Shown: piece after piece, positions 32,701 through 45,176 of the stretch | How positions within the stretch are numbered: position 1 is the first letter of the stretch | How the letters are laid out: each line of letters starts with the position of its first letter | NCBI GenBank assembly: GCA_965644295.1 | Contig: CBFFRP010000551.1 | Coordinates: forward strand, 1 to 59,832 | DNA length: 59,832 bases | Direction: 5' to 3' | DNA from: Paraphysomonas bandaiensis | Taxonomy: Eukaryota; Protista; Chrysophyceae | The notes under the pieces: generated by a model | What the model saw: only the letters and a program-made list of their open reading frames with translations | Told to the model about the DNA's origin: nothing | Database searches by the model: none | Program-made: the position numbers and the translations under genes

Positions 32701-35402
32701 TGACTTGAGATTACAAAGTCCTTGAGTGAAGGTACATATATGACGTACCCTGGTCCATCTTCTCGGTATCCCATGAAGTACCCAATATGGCTATGTGGAG
32801 ACCAATCGTTTCTTCTCTGAGACTTGTCTATGAATGTATGGCATTTGCAGCCCCAAATCCTGGCGTAAGATAAATCGGGGGCCTCGTCGTGGATGAACTG
32901 ATACGGTGATATGAATCCCTTTGCAGTGGCGCATGGCAGGCGATTTTTCATATGCGTGACGGTGGACATGGCCTGTTCCCAGAAGTTGGGTGGTAGGCCT
33001 GAGTTGCAAATGGATGCAAGCGTTCTTTCCTTGGTCGTGCGCCATGGTCGTTCTTGTATGGGGTTGTCTTCAGGCGTGTATGGAGCGTTGAAGGTCCAGG
33101 TTGATCCTAATTTTCTCAGCAAGTTCAGTACACGATGTGATACTAGCTCACGGCCACCATCAGCATGATAGTGTATTAGCCGTTTGCCTTTCGAATGCAG
33201 ATAATCCACAATTTTCTGAATGCACTCAATGACAAAATCCTCGGTTCTGTGTTTTCCATAGAATGTCCAACTGTATCTTGAAGCTGCATCGGTAGCTCCA
33301 AAGACTACGGTGTTTCCTGTGACTATTGCTGGAGGTGAAAATGGTCCAGTAAAATCAACTGCTATAAGTCCTCCAAGCTCCTGCGATCTTCTGGTTTTTG
33401 TCGGTATCATTTGTCTTGTCTCGCGCCTATGTTTCCTCCTGTGAGCCTTGCCTTGTGCGCAGCCATCACAAAGGCCTTCTGGTAGCTGTGGCGAGCTCAG
33501 GTCGGATTTTGGAATAGTGATTCCTTTCACAAGATTCAACTTTAGTGCTTTTTGGATTAAGCCAATGGATGCGTGGGTCAACCTTCGATGTGCCAGGGAA
33601 ATCGAGGAACCGCTGGATGTAGATGCCAAGTTGCACTGGTCTTGGATGTAACCTAAATCGGATAATCTGACCTCGTATAGACCGTTTTGTTTCCTGGCTG
33701 TGGTTAACAAAATTCCATCGTGGTATACGCGTGCCTCGTTATGCCCGAATACAATATTGCAGTTGGCGTCTGTTGTCAACTGGCTGATAGAAATTAAAGT
33801 CTTTGAGGCATCCGGAACTAGCTTGCACTTGCTAATCAGTCCAAGCTTGCCGTATCCCAATGCCTGCATTTCTGATCCTGATTTGGCGGTGTAAATTGTG
33901 GTTTGGTCATAAGTGAATTCGGAGAGTAAGCTTCGTGCTGCTGTAATTGATATTGTGCAGCCAGAGTCTAGAATGCCGAATTCCTGCTTCTCGTGTTCCG
34001 TATGTAGGACGTGATTGTCTGTGATCATCCCAGAGAATGCACTGTAGTCATTGTCATCGTTTGGCCCCTCATCGTCATAGTCTTCCAGTCTTAAGTTCGA
34101 ATCCCGATGACTGTTTCTTGGGTGTTTTGATGATGTGTTCTTGGAGTGATGCCCTTTCCCTCTTTTGTCGTCGTTTCGTTTGTTTGTGGACTTCTGCATC
34201 TGTTGTATGTGTTCCCACGAGTGCTTGCACTCTGCTGCAATGTGGTTGGATCCATTGCATCTGAAGCACTTAACTTCGCGCGACTTAGCACTTGTGGCTC
34301 TGTTGGACTTGTTGAATTTCTTCTGTTTTCGCTGCCCGTTGTTGTGCTTTTGCTTCTTCGGTAGACGGGGGTTAAACGGCTGTTTGCCTGTTGAGCTGTA
34401 GTTTGCGCTATCCCGTTTGGTTTCCGTATTTTGTGATAGTAGGGAGCCTACAGTGGAATGCTCGAATGCTCTCAATCTTCTTATCAGCGTTTTATAATCA
34501 TCAATTGGGTTCATTTGGAGGTTGATTGCCAGGTCCTTATAGGTCTGGTTCTCATTTGAAACCATCCCTTGTCGTATTCTTGAAATGAGGTCTTGTTCAG
34601 AGACTTTGTGGCCATGTGTAGCGAGCTTTAATCGCAATTTTTCGACTTCGTCCAGGAATTGATTGATTGTTTGAGCTTGCTTGATTTTGATTGATTGCAG
34701 TTGGCCAATGAGGTCGGTTATTGTATCATTTGAGGTCTTGTCTTTGAAATGCTTTTCGATCTCTGACCATGCCCTTTTTCCATCTCCTTCAGGGACTGTT
34801 TCGATAATACCCTCTGCTTCCTCGTTTTGGCCAATCACCGCGCTGGATAGAAGTGACCATAGGTAATTGTTGCCCTCCTCGAAATACTGCATATTTTCGT
34901 CGTAGGCGTTTTTCCTGTATAAGTAGTCCTCTTCTGTTTCTTCCTCTTGGCGTATAGGCTCCTCTGGCGGATCGTTTCTTAGGATGTATACTATCTTAGG
35001 CTTACGAAAGAACCAGGCTCTACTTTTCTTCTGCCATTTTGAGAAGTTCTTGGCGTCGAAGGGTGGCATGGAATCCTTCCTCTTGTCCGATGAGTCGGAG
35101 TCGGAGTTATCGTAACTGTTAGTCTTAGAACTCATCCGCTGCCAAAATAAGATTTAAGGTTAGTCTTAATATTTAGTAAGAATATACTTGAAATTATTAG
35201 AGATAAAGATTGAACGATAAGGCCTAATAGTATAATAGCAAGACATGTTTGAGCAGAGCGTTAGCACCACATACATGTGCGTATCTTGTACAGTCGCGTA
35301 TCATGTATAGTTTGGTAATTATTCAGTCTATTTGGTATTTCATTGTATATGTGTGTTGTATTCACGCGTTAAGAGATATACGTGAATCAATGACTCCTAA
35401 TA
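29772..35402 (-). mobile_element. Intact Ty1/Copia LTR retrotransposon with 258-bp LTRs (29772-30029, 35145-35402) and 5-bp TSD GTAAG
   Basis: LTRs look identical. GTAAG at 29767-71 and 35403-07. PPT GAGGGGGAG abuts the 3' LTR and PBS-like TGGCAGCGG abuts the 5' LTR. Confidence 0.97.
30195..35135 (-). CDS. Copia Gag-Pol polyprotein, 1646 aa
   Basis: CCHC knuckle CFRCNGSNHIAAEC; protease ILDSGC; HHCC (HRRLTH..CDGC); integrase DDE (VDFTG, ADGGRE, QERPW); RT VYVDD; RNase H FADSDWA. Order PR-IN-RT-RH. Confidence 0.97.
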   Translation of the reverse strand: MSSKTNSYDNSDSDSSDKRKDSMPPFDAKNFSKWQKKSRAWFFRKPKIVYILRNDPPEEPIRQEEETEEDYLYRKNAYDENMQYFEEGNNYLWSLLSSAVIGQNEEAEGIIETVPEGDGKRAWSEIEKHFKDKTSNDTITDLIGQLQSIKIKQAQTINQFLDEVEKLRLKLATHGHKVSEQDLISRIRQGMVSNENQTYKDLAINLQMNPIDDYKTLIRRLRAFEHSTVGSLLSQNTETKRDSANYSSTGKQPFNPRLPKKQKHNNGQRKQKKFNKSNRATSAKSREVKCFRCNGSNHIAAECKHSWEHIQQMQKSTNKRNDDKRGKGHHSKNTSSKHPRNSHRDSNLRLEDYDDEGPNDDNDYSAFSGMITDNHVLHTEHEKQEFGILDSGCTISITAARSLLSEFTYDQTTIYTAKSGSEMQALGYGKLGLISKCKLVPDASKTLISISQLTTDANCNIVFGHNEARVYHDGILLTTARKQNGLYEVRLSDLGYIQDQCNLASTSSGSSISLAHRRLTHASIGLIQKALKLNLVKGITIPKSDLSSPQLPEGLCDGCAQGKAHRRKHRRETRQMIPTKTRRSQELGGLIAVDFTGPFSPPAIVTGNTVVFGATDAASRYSWTFYGKHRTEDFVIECIQKIVDYLHSKGKRLIHYHADGGRELVSHRVLNLLRKLGSTWTFNAPYTPEDNPIQERPWRTTKERTLASICNSGLPPNFWEQAMSTVTHMKNRLPCATAKGFISPYQFIHDEAPDLSYARIWGCKCHTFIDKSQRRNDWSPHSHIGYFMGYREDGPGYVIYVPSLKDFVISSHVFFNECIPDVKENYYAEIESSLREENSENRTAESFQYLVGMTHTDPQDGLQYITTRITVIKGHVAAYRGLAPRENEGRVIELNDPIHAADIERYTAEHFSYQNAVSPPQEELGCPVEGTAPGRSSSTDSRHDATRGGSHSHLRGPYSNEKEARPRRTAEAQRNTVPKEARGDNKCDHPARKVKRAIKTVNSQGDRSRQSPDGTITGVRTPHRHKVSRCVKKSLHSKRQTRKRVIMNVHKFGDNIYHCDVDKRYLYNHKTPDKHDSYRTLYMNDVDIIMHANDTCSNDVPNTPNNVGEALSGRYKEQWLKAINKEIKSLESKGCWRITTPPANSNIIRGKFVFRVKVKRDEVTFKARLVAQGFSQVEGKDYNETYSPVAKATSMRTVIALATILGLELHQVDFSTAYINADLQEEIYMYPPAGLNVPNGKVLRLLKSIYGLKQSGLNWYKCCTNYLLDCGFTRLVSDPCIFTKSINGRPIILAVYVDDIIIAGKSRTDIIQIKNSLAEKFDIHDLGLLDYYLGIFVKQDIQNRTTTLNQSQYIRNLLHRFNMEDCKPRSHPMTTNFHIDILEKKQLSQENQEFVQNFPYKELIGSLMYIAVCTRPDIAYAVNTLARFSTNPNLTTCKAALNILRYLKGTIDQGLQYSGKSVTLTGFADSDWARCNLTRRSTTAFCFFIGNCLISWQSRLQTTVALSSTEAEYMALSTACQEAIWLRSLLSELGFHMPYSTTIWCDNKGAIQLCLNPVHHRRTKHIAIRYHFIREQVASHSIIVDYMPTNEMLADILTKPLTSNTFHRLRDSLMGGGGINIPASNKRTKVPIPPAENSTKRPRWMT

Positions 35403-36275
35403 GTAAGAGTCAGAACTAGTTAAGCAAAACTGAGATAATACAAGTTTTATTGAATGTAATACAGTGTATGTACTTACAATAACACAGATTTCATTCAGCA
35501 CTTCTTCAAGACTACCTCAATATACAGTACAACTCTCAGTAATCTCAACATCTATGTGCTTATTGTGCACGCTCAATACGACGTAAGGTGAAAGGCGTGC
35601 ATTGACATCAGGTTTATTTAGAAGTAAGTAATGAACTTAGAAACAGCACACTCTCAGTTAAATTGTGATAAGCATTTCTCATCATTCATTGTCATCCATA
35701 CGGCATCGATGTTATCACAACCAACAATCAGCATTTTACCGCCTTCGATAGACGCAATCTTATGCAGTCAATATCGTTATCTATCATAATTCATACCATT
35801 CATATGATACTATCTTAAACTATTGTACTTTTCATTCAACGGTTATAATAGAAAAACTTCTAATATAGCTTTTATTGCTGTGATGTTATCAGGAAGTGAT
35901 GTAGCTCCATAGGAAAGGTGTACCACCGCAGGACTTCAGGAGTTGTACTTGCATAAAATGAGAACTAACAGCAGCATGAAGTGCTAATACGAAAGGTAAT
36001 AGAACTATTTAATACATATTATAACTTTTACTTAAATATAAGCAAGATTACATGCAGTACATGGATAGAATCTGCATAAGTAAAGTCACAATGATGAATT
36101 CTTTACCAGCTATATTCCTGCATGAACTATTATAAATAGGAAGTATTACGATACATACGTGGTCAGTCATCAGTTCATATTTCAGTGAAGATTCGTCCAT
36201 GCGAACAATGAGTAGCATTGCTAAGCGCTATAAAAAATGTTCTATATCATATTTTACAGAGCATCTATAGACCAT

Positions 36276-39200
36276 TCACTCAGACGCCATCGTTGGTACA
36301 GACCTCATGCCAATATCATCAAAGTCAACAGTCATTTCTGCACTCTCTCTACTTTCCTCACTACTACCTTGATACTTGACTAAGCGCGATGGTGATCCCA
36401 TAGTGGCGCTGGGGGTAAAGCCCTGTCCTAAAAAAGAGTGCTCAATTGCACTAAATACACTGCGTAGCATTCCCTTTCCATTTCCTGGCGAACGGTTCAA
36501 TATGTACCCGCGACAAACCTGGTCCACAGTCAACCGAGGTTGCAAATGATGACACAGAACTGCAACAGGCGCATCCTTATCTTGATCACTGTATGAGTCC
36601 TCACATACACCGCAATCTCTAGACGAAGGACTATCCGCGAGAGTGTGCAATATACAACCAGGTCGCAGCATGACCACTCGGATCCACTCACAAGAAAAGG
36701 CTGAAAGGGACTCTGAGGACCCTCTACAGCTTCTCAACGCACCTATAAACACCTCACGAACAGCCCCCAAAGAAATCTCAACCATTGTCGTCAATATATT
36801 ATACATATGTTCGGAATTACAAGAGCCTTCTCCCCATACGAGAATATCAATCACTGTATTGCTATCTTGACTCCACTCATGATGTAAATAGTTCAATGTG
36901 GTCTCAATCAACACACATACAATACCACCTTCACTTTCTATCGTAATACCCAGACCTCGATCCCAGCATTTTACGGCAAACCCCTTCCAACTGGCACTAT
37001 AATTCTCCACCCATGCTCTAACCATATGACTTTGCACACAGTACATTGTCGTTGGAGGAAGGATATAAGGAAAAGCCGACTGAATCCGCCTTCCAATTGC
37101 ACCAAATATTCCCATATCTTCTCGTCGATTGGAATATTGAGAGAGTGGAATGGCGGATACTGCCCTCCGAGAAAGCCACTGAAATTTGTTTCCTCGTACA
37201 CGAGAGGGAATAAAAATGGAGAGAGGGGACGTTGGTAATCGCACGGACAGACTCTGTGTCTGTAAGATAGATACCAGGTCAGCTACAGTCATCGCAAAGG
37301 GAGGGGACACAGAAGAAAGAAAATCTTTCAGTTGGTTCTCCGAGAAAGCGTATTCAGAATCAACCCATGGCTGTCTAAATGACTGATCTTCAGACAGGCT
37401 AGCTGAGAATGCCAGCAGTGGAGTGAGTACGTGTCTGTTGAACCACGAAGGACATAGCACAATACGACATTGGTTGTTGGTACGAGGTGATAAGCTTGGG
37501 AGGAGTTTTGGTAAAGCATCGCTGAGCTCTGAATAGGAGCTACGGGAGGAATGATCAAGAGTGTGAAAATCTCTGGGACAGTCTTCTGATTTTCTAACGG
37601 AATTCGAGTGCGTTGCATCTGTGGGCATTTTAAATACACTGTGGCTACTAAGATTCTTGACATCCAGAAATTCAGAATCGTACATAGCCACAACGCCCAA
37701 CATATGCAACCACTGACAAGCGGACCTGAGTTCCTCTTCTTGCAAAGACTTAATATGACTTTTGGCCGCTACCAACAGAGAATAGAGGTCTATCACATGC
37801 TGTACTCCTGATTGATGGAGTACAGGTAAGCATCTATTAATAAGAACATCACATATCTTGGGAGCCTGCACATGCTTTGCCTGTCCTTTGTATCTGAAAC
37901 AAAGCACGTATATTAATTCTGCATCACTCTTTAATATACGCATCGAATACCTTTCCAATATCCAATTCTCCAGTTTCGGAGTAAAAGCACCCCCATGACC
38001 TTCTTCCCAGGTCCACATCTTAAAAACAAAGCATATGAGACAACGGCACTGCTGTGACAAACTAAATTTTCAAGTGGAATGTCTGGCACATCATGCAATA
38101 TAACACTGAATGCACGCCACACCGCAACTTTGGGCATATTTCTTCAAACACATTACGCTTATACCTGCGGAGTATTTCTCCATCCTAGCTTCAAGGACAC
38201 CCTTTTACGAACACTCTCTTCAAATTTTCGCCGCACTTCCTGACTCCTACTCCTTGTCATACTCCTTGCCGTATACTCTTCCTCTGATGGTGCCTCAGTT
38301 GTGTCTTTAAGGGAAGGTTGAGAAACCGGTTTATCCCTAATACTACTGTCTGCATCAGTAGACTGGCATGTATCTACAGGTGGAGGGGTAGGTTCAACTG
38401 GAAACGTTGTGTCCGGTGTTTCAGTATTGCTGGTAATTGGAGTCTCTGCTGGTCGGCATTGGGTGGTATTCGTGCTGGTTGTAGCTTCAGTATGTGTGGT
38501 AGATGTTGATGTATCAACATCCGTATGAACACTATTGGTCTACAGACAATTATATTACAATAAACAAGTGGTCCTCACAGAAGTGCTATAATAAAAAAGT
38601 AATTATGAACAAAATATACCAACACCACATAGAGCTTTATATCTTACACATCCAGTTGTATTCGCACCTGGAGGTCATCCACAGAAACAGCTGACGCATC
38701 TACGTGCCTCCAGGCACTATCGAACCCCCCAGCCCCTCCCAGCACTACACATATATCTCTTGACTTGTGTCCAAATGACATCAAGAGCTGAACATAAGAG
38801 GCCACCTCAGTGGCCACCTGAAGGGCGGATCTGCACTGGCACTGCACATTGAATGAGCAATAACACTGGTATAAAAAGTGCACGCTCACAAGAGTACTAC
38901 ACCTATTTACTTCATATGCACAACACCTACCGTGCTGCCAACCGCAGAGACAGAGACGACAGCTACACTCAAAGGGCCTGCCCTCAGGTGTAACCGATGG
39001 AGCTCCTGCAACTACACAACGAGTTTAATACTCGGACAATATAATCGACAAAAATCATGGCAATATCCTGCAAACTGTACCATATATCAACTCATACCTG
39101 AAAAGAAGAGCCCGTATACGCCCAAATGTGTGCCTGTAAGCTACCAAGAGCGAGTTTGTGTACCTCAGCAGCACACTCCTCCTCAACGGAAATCTAAAGC

Positions 39201-42200
39201 CAAACCAGTTACACAAATCTCGAGGGAGGTATCACAAGCATTCACCACGACTATGCGTAACTTACATTAGTAGATATATTAGGCCAGACGGAGCTCATGT
39301 GCTTCGTTGCCACCCATCCCTTGACCATAGCACAATTTCTCACACTGTCCTGACCAACTACATGTATTCTGATTGTGTTAGGCGTGTATGACGCGGCAAT
39401 AAGCTCTCTTTCTGCCTCCACAGCTCTAAGAACTACAAATCGATTACAAAAATATAGCTATCCAGTAGCATGACATACTTTCATCATAACGCCATCTCAT
39501 AGGCCCGAAATCTGCCTCAACAGTGCATACCCTAGATAATATTGAAAGGTTATTCTGAAGACGCTTAAATAATAGGATAACCTAGTATTATCTATAGCAG
39601 AGAGTATCTCGTTACTCATAGATGAAGTCAACTTATGACCTAGAAGCCTGAGCGCACTATCAGTGCATAAAACAAATAATACTACGTATGATTTTACAGT
39701 GCAGTGAATGCTTATATACATGCACCATAAACAGTATCATATACTATGTATGATATAAAGTCGATGACATATAGATATTCGTCGAAGGTAACACATACTT
39801 CAAACTTCTCAGTTGGGTTCTACTCTTCAGCATGACTGCAAGTGCTTCCATCCCATTCTCTCCAATTCCCTCTGCTTGATCAGATGTAGTTGGGTTTACG
39901 GACGTAGAAGTAGTAAATGCGTTCACAAGTGCCAATGGTGAAGCCATCGAATCAAATTCATTGGATGTCTCAGACTGCTGTTGCAAATTGAGGCCATTCG
40001 ATATATCCAGTGTCTGTTACACCATAACAATAAGACAATATTCAATATAGTAGAGTGTGGGCTATGCAAGTGCAATGTTTCCGATCATATCACAATAGCA
40101 CTGCTGCCACGCAGCATTATTCTCACACAGCACCACAATAATATAGAGTTCATTGGGCCCCACCATTCCATTGTACTCATGGTGACACAAATGGTGGGCT
40201 CACAAGATTACGTACATGTAAGGTTACATTTAACGATAACGTTGCAGCTAAAGCAATAGCACCGTTGTCATCAACTTGGTTCCCGCTGAGGCTACATATA
40301 CCCCTTAGCACAAGCAGATGTCGCTCAAAAACTACACATACTTTAAAGCCGTCAACGACGCGTTGAACTGAAGCATATTGGCGATATGAGCCACACCCTC
40401 TGAGCACAATCCACAGCCCCTCATTACCAGTTCTATGAACAATTACTATAAAATTTCGATGAAAATTGTTAAGGATACCTTGCAGGGCGATGTTTTTCCT
40501 CAAACACATGGAGAATTTCTCACTGCCCTCTGCACCGATGCAGTTATGAGATATATCAAGTTTAGTAATCCTTTACCAAGTATCAGTTAAACTAACACTG
40601 TGTAAATATGTTATACATGCAATACGTACCTTTTATTATTGGCCAATGCTATTCCTAGAGATTTCGCTCCAATTGAAGTCATGCCAATCCGTTGCAAACA
40701 AAGAACCGATAGCCGGCAGTTTGTTGACCCAATGAACTCGCTTAAGGCCACCACTCCCATATCGCCAACAGAATTTCCATGCAAGTCTAGGTGAGTAAGA
40801 GTTTCGTTATTCATATACAAACTAGCCATGTATTCACAAGAATATGGTCCCAATCCATTCCAACTTAAGTCGACAGATGATATATACTGGCTTGAAGACA
40901 GGCTTTGAAGGAGGGCACCTCCACCAGAAATACCGCTATATTCGTGAGGGATACAGGTTCTGTCTTCATTGTTTGAACCTTCCACTTTTGTGTCTTTCGT
41001 ATCGTTATTGGTTGGAAGCGATGGACAAGGAAGTAAGAGTATTATTTCATCGAGTAGTTGAAGAACGAAATCTTCAATGTGAGATGTGCTGTCAACATCA
41101 TCGCTGAGATCGACTTCGCTGTAAACACTTTCATTGTCGTTATCTTGCGCACTGACTTCGTTGTTACTGCTAATTTCACTTCGAATTTCGACTTCACTTT
41201 TACACCCGTCGTTTTCATTCCCTTTACGTGCCGTATTCTGGTCTTCTAGCTCATTTTCTAGGACATCAAATAGTGCGTTTCCATGCAAGTCCAGCATACT
41301 CAGAGTAGTATTCTCTCTTAGAGCATCTGCAAGGAGTCTTGCACCGTCATTGCCAATATCATTCTCGGCAAGTCTAAGGGACTTAAGGCGCATATTGACC
41401 TGCATGAATTCAATATGCATTGAACGTACAGAAGGTAGCTGGAGAAATATATGCGCACACAAAACACGGCATATATAATCACATATATAAAGCATACAAG
41501 TCATGGCCTGATGTAGTAAATACAGTGTGCTTTGTCTATATTAGAATAGTATAAAACTATGTAATACTATACGTTATATAACAAAATATGGAACCGATTC
41601 GCACGTATACCTGTAGGGATCGACACAAGGCAGAGAGTCCCGTCAGATCATACTCAGTGTGGTGACCTGACCCATCATCGTCAACCCCGCATATCGCATT
41701 ACCAGACAAACAGAGATGACGTAGTGTACTGTTCACATACAATGCCGAGGCTAAGTACTGAGCCCCATCCGAACCAATATTATTGAAGCGAAGACTACGC
41801 ATACCGCATCAACACACATTGACAATGAAATCAAAAGTCAATATCTTACTTTAACTCTCTCAAGCCAGTGTTAACTCTAAGCATTTTGGCTACAGCAGCC
41901 GCACCATCGGCCCCAATGTCATTATTTATCATGCTATAATTGAAGTTGTAAGCGATAAACTTCCACAAAAACAGCATACCTAAGAAATATAATTCGACCA
42001 TTCTGATGCATTAATGGAAGCCATTTCGCAACATAATTTCCCGCACGAATTAAAACATGAGTAAAACTACGTGAGACAATAGCTGCCCCATGACGACCAA
42101 GATTACAATGATCAAGATATATAACTGATTTCGCATTATCTGATCGACATAATCGTGCACATAAACTCTGCATAGATACCCAATCCGAAAGATCTTGACC

Positions 42201-42353
42201 TGATAGATTGACTGTACTTCCATATGAATTAAACTGTTGATTCATTTCAATCATAATAGGAGCTTCAATGTCGAATTCTTCATCACAAGATGGTTCAGAT
42301 ACAACACATGAAGAAAATAAATCTACAGGTAGAATACTTGATTGTGAAGACAT
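36276..42353 (-). CDS. Multi-exon LRR (RNI-like)-ROC-COR Roco/TORNADO1-like protein; exon structure only partly resolved
   Basis: RNI-type LRR exons (LRLAENDIGNDGARLLADAL, LDLHGNSVGDMG). COR-like motifs in the last exon (IVLCPSWFNRHVLTPLL, FIPSRV, GRRIQ..LPP, IDILVWG). Degenerate ROC motifs in exons 39266-39432 and 39098-39193. Start codon inferred (MSSQSS). Confidence 0.7.
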
Positions 42354-42574
42354 ATTGAGTGAAGAGGAAGTGATAAGATGGTCAAGAAGATCTAGATTAC
42401 TTGACCTGAAGGAGTTAGAGATGTGACATGATGAATATGCGGTTGATATCCTCATCATATGAAGAGAAGAGCCCGCCTGATTCATAGACACATACATACA
42501 CATGAGCACTGGACACAACTATACACACTACAGCCAAATATTAGAGTAGGGACGGAATACAGAAGTATATACTT

Positions 42575-42913
42575 ACATACATACACACATACATACATAC
42601 ATACATACATACATACATACATACATACATACATACATACATACATACATACATACATACATACATACATACATACATACATACATACATACATACTCTA
42701 CATACATACATACATACATACATACATACATACATACATACATACATACATACATACATACATACACACATACATACATACATACATACATACATACATA
42801 CATACATACATACATACATACATACATACATACATACATACATACATACATACATACATACATACATACATACATACATACATACATACATACATACATA
42901 CATACATACATAC
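42575..42913. repeat. (ATAC)n microsatellite between the divergent Roco-like and Cys-rich genes
   Basis: Read directly from the sequence. Confidence 0.99.
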
Positions 42914-42960
42914 CGCTCTGTGTACCATATACGGGATAGGGTGTCCGTGCTAACGGTCGT

Positions 42961-43850
42961 GTATACTGTTGTACACCAGCATATCCATATGTCCCATGTA
43001 TGTATATATATATACACAGCCCGGCCCAGCCCAGCACGTCACTCTTCCCTCTTGAGGATCTTCACATTCAACAATGACAGAATCACAATACAGAACAAAA
43101 CCAACACTGGAACCCCTTCAACCTGTACCTGGTAACGTCTTATTTCCTTCTCCTCAAACCAGTGAATCAGTGTCGTGTTGTTGTGACGGTAATACCAGAG
43201 ACATCACGCATGAAACAGATGCAAGCGGAATACTACAGTATAAGATACGTCCTGATGATGATGACTGGATTCTAATGTGCCCACCATGTTTGTTTATTGG
43301 TTGTTGTCTTACTGTTAGTGCGAATGTTACATTTGATGATAACAATCACACTGTTCGTATATCTAATTGGATGGGATACATGTGTATACCTCCATGCTAC
43401 TCATACACGACTATATCTTATTATGATATTGCCAATATCGGCTTAATATATTCTGGAATAAATGCGGGCTCAGAACCAAATGAACAGCCTTTGTATGATG
43501 TAGTTCTTGTGACTCATAAAAGAAAGATGTGGAGAGTTGGAAACCGAGGTAGCAAGACAGCAGCTTCGAATGAAGCGAGCAATTTGCTAAAATTTGTGTA
43601 TGGCAGGAACAACCCTGACTACGTAGTCCATGTAGAAACTTTTAAATACAATTCTTGTTGTTCGTGTTGTTCTTAGTGTAAATCGTAGACGACGATTTTA
43701 TCAGAGATGCTATTGTTGAATCACGCATCGGGACTTATTATGTTGGCAAATGATGGTAATGAAAGTAAAGTAAATTACTAGATTTCGCCTTGTTGCAAAG
43801 GTCTCAAGGGAAACCGAATAAGATATGTACTGTTACCTCCCCTAAATTCC
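42961..43850 (+). repeat. Left arm of a ~890-bp inverted duplication (right arm 47003-47895)
   Basis: Reverse-complement identity from GTATACTG.TGTACACCAGC to CCCCTAAATTCC. Confidence 0.95.
43074..43676 (+). CDS. Unknown 200-aa Cys-rich protein, copy A
   Basis: Intronless ORF with ATG and stop. Cys clusters: CCC, CPPC..GCC and C-terminal CCSCCS. Confidence 0.7.
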   Translation: MTESQYRTKPTLEPLQPVPGNVLFPSPQTSESVSCCCDGNTRDITHETDASGILQYKIRPDDDDWILMCPPCLFIGCCLTVSANVTFDDNNHTVRISNWMGYMCIPPCYSYTTISYYDIANIGLIYSGINAGSEPNEQPLYDVVLVTHKRKMWRVGNRGSKTAASNEASNLLKFVYGRNNPDYVVHVETFKYNSCCSCCS

Positions 43851-44910
43851 TCATAGCAATAATAGTGGTGTACACCCAAGCAAGGTAAATTTTTATGCAG
43901 CCATGGTAGCCACCTATGCTGTTCGAAACTTTAACAGTTAGGCCAAAGCACCCCTAGGTACTATATTTAACAACTTCATTACTGAACGGCCACAAGAAAC
44001 AAGAATATGTTATAGTAAGAGTCATTGATTCACGTATATCCCTTAACGCTTGTCAATACCATATCTGTAGCAATACCACTTGTCAATCGCGAAATTCATG
44101 TTTTTGAAAGTACCAATCATTTCCGCACAATCATAGATAACACGAACTCATACGGTTATTATATTTCAGTTTCACTTCTACGATTGCTATAATGACATTA
44201 ATTCTCATAATACAGTTAACCATTTCTGTATTCTTCCATTAACAGTCATAAGTCAAATATCTTTGAACTACAGCTTTCAATTGCTCTCAAATGGCTTTTA
44301 GACTTTAGCTTCTTCATCACAAAGCTATGAGCCTTAATTGGCATGCACTTACGATTTACAAATACGCTCTTGATGTAATTTTTTATTTTGGTTACAAAGA
44401 AGAAACGCAGAGAGAATAAATTTATATGTATTAGAGTGCAATTAGTAATTAAAATGTATGTGGTGCCAACAAAGCTCCAGCTAGGCCTATGCATCTACAC
44501 TATACTGGCATAACTCATACATATTTGCCATGCTAGACCTAACCAGAGTCATGTATGATCACGAGAAGCTCCGCGTGATCTTTGTTAGGGGACGAAAAGG
44601 TGAAAATGCCAATGCTAAATCTACGGAATTATGGATATAAGTTATTCATAATTATGAAATATCCCACGTTATCTTTGTGGAGGCGAACACGGGTTGGGCA
44701 GTAGGGTGGTTCTCACAGAATCTACGGACAATTTATGTGGTCAGCTAATTTGGTAGTGAATGTATTATTATTAGTATGAGGCCTTTAGGAGTCATAACTA
44801 ATTTAGCGTTGCAATTTAATGAACTAGTGCTAAACGCTGATTCCTACTATTTAACGCTACAAAAGATGCTTGCGCGTCACCAGAAGCACCAAGGTGCAAC
44901 CACTTTTGTT

Positions 44911-45105
44911 CTATCACTCAAATCAAACGCAGTGAGCAAGCAGAATGCTGATATACCTGACATCTGCTGACTTTAAGATTATTGAGTCCGTAAGGTGAAC
45001 ATCCCAGATGCTTGACTTCAGCAGGCAGCCCAACACCCCGGTTATTCAGGTGGGCCTTATCCCTGATGCCCTTGAAGTGTGTTCATTTCTGGATGCCTCT
45101 TTATT
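44911..45105. repeat. Dispersed repeat with a second copy at about 50843-51060
   Basis: CTATCACTCAAA.CAAACGCAGTGAGC.AGCAGAATG...GATGCTTGACTTCAG...GGATGCCT.TTTATT is shared. Confidence 0.85.
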
Positions 45106-45176
45106 ACAATTTACAACGTATGCCCTACATCCGCTTGGTTTCATAAGCTCGCCAACTAAGCAAAGCGTCTTCATGA

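Noticed and set aside
35403-35550. Possible older TG...CA solo LTR as the Copia target (TGTAAG at 29766 ... CTCAACA at 35550)
   Set aside because: No matching TSD and no second copy in the window.
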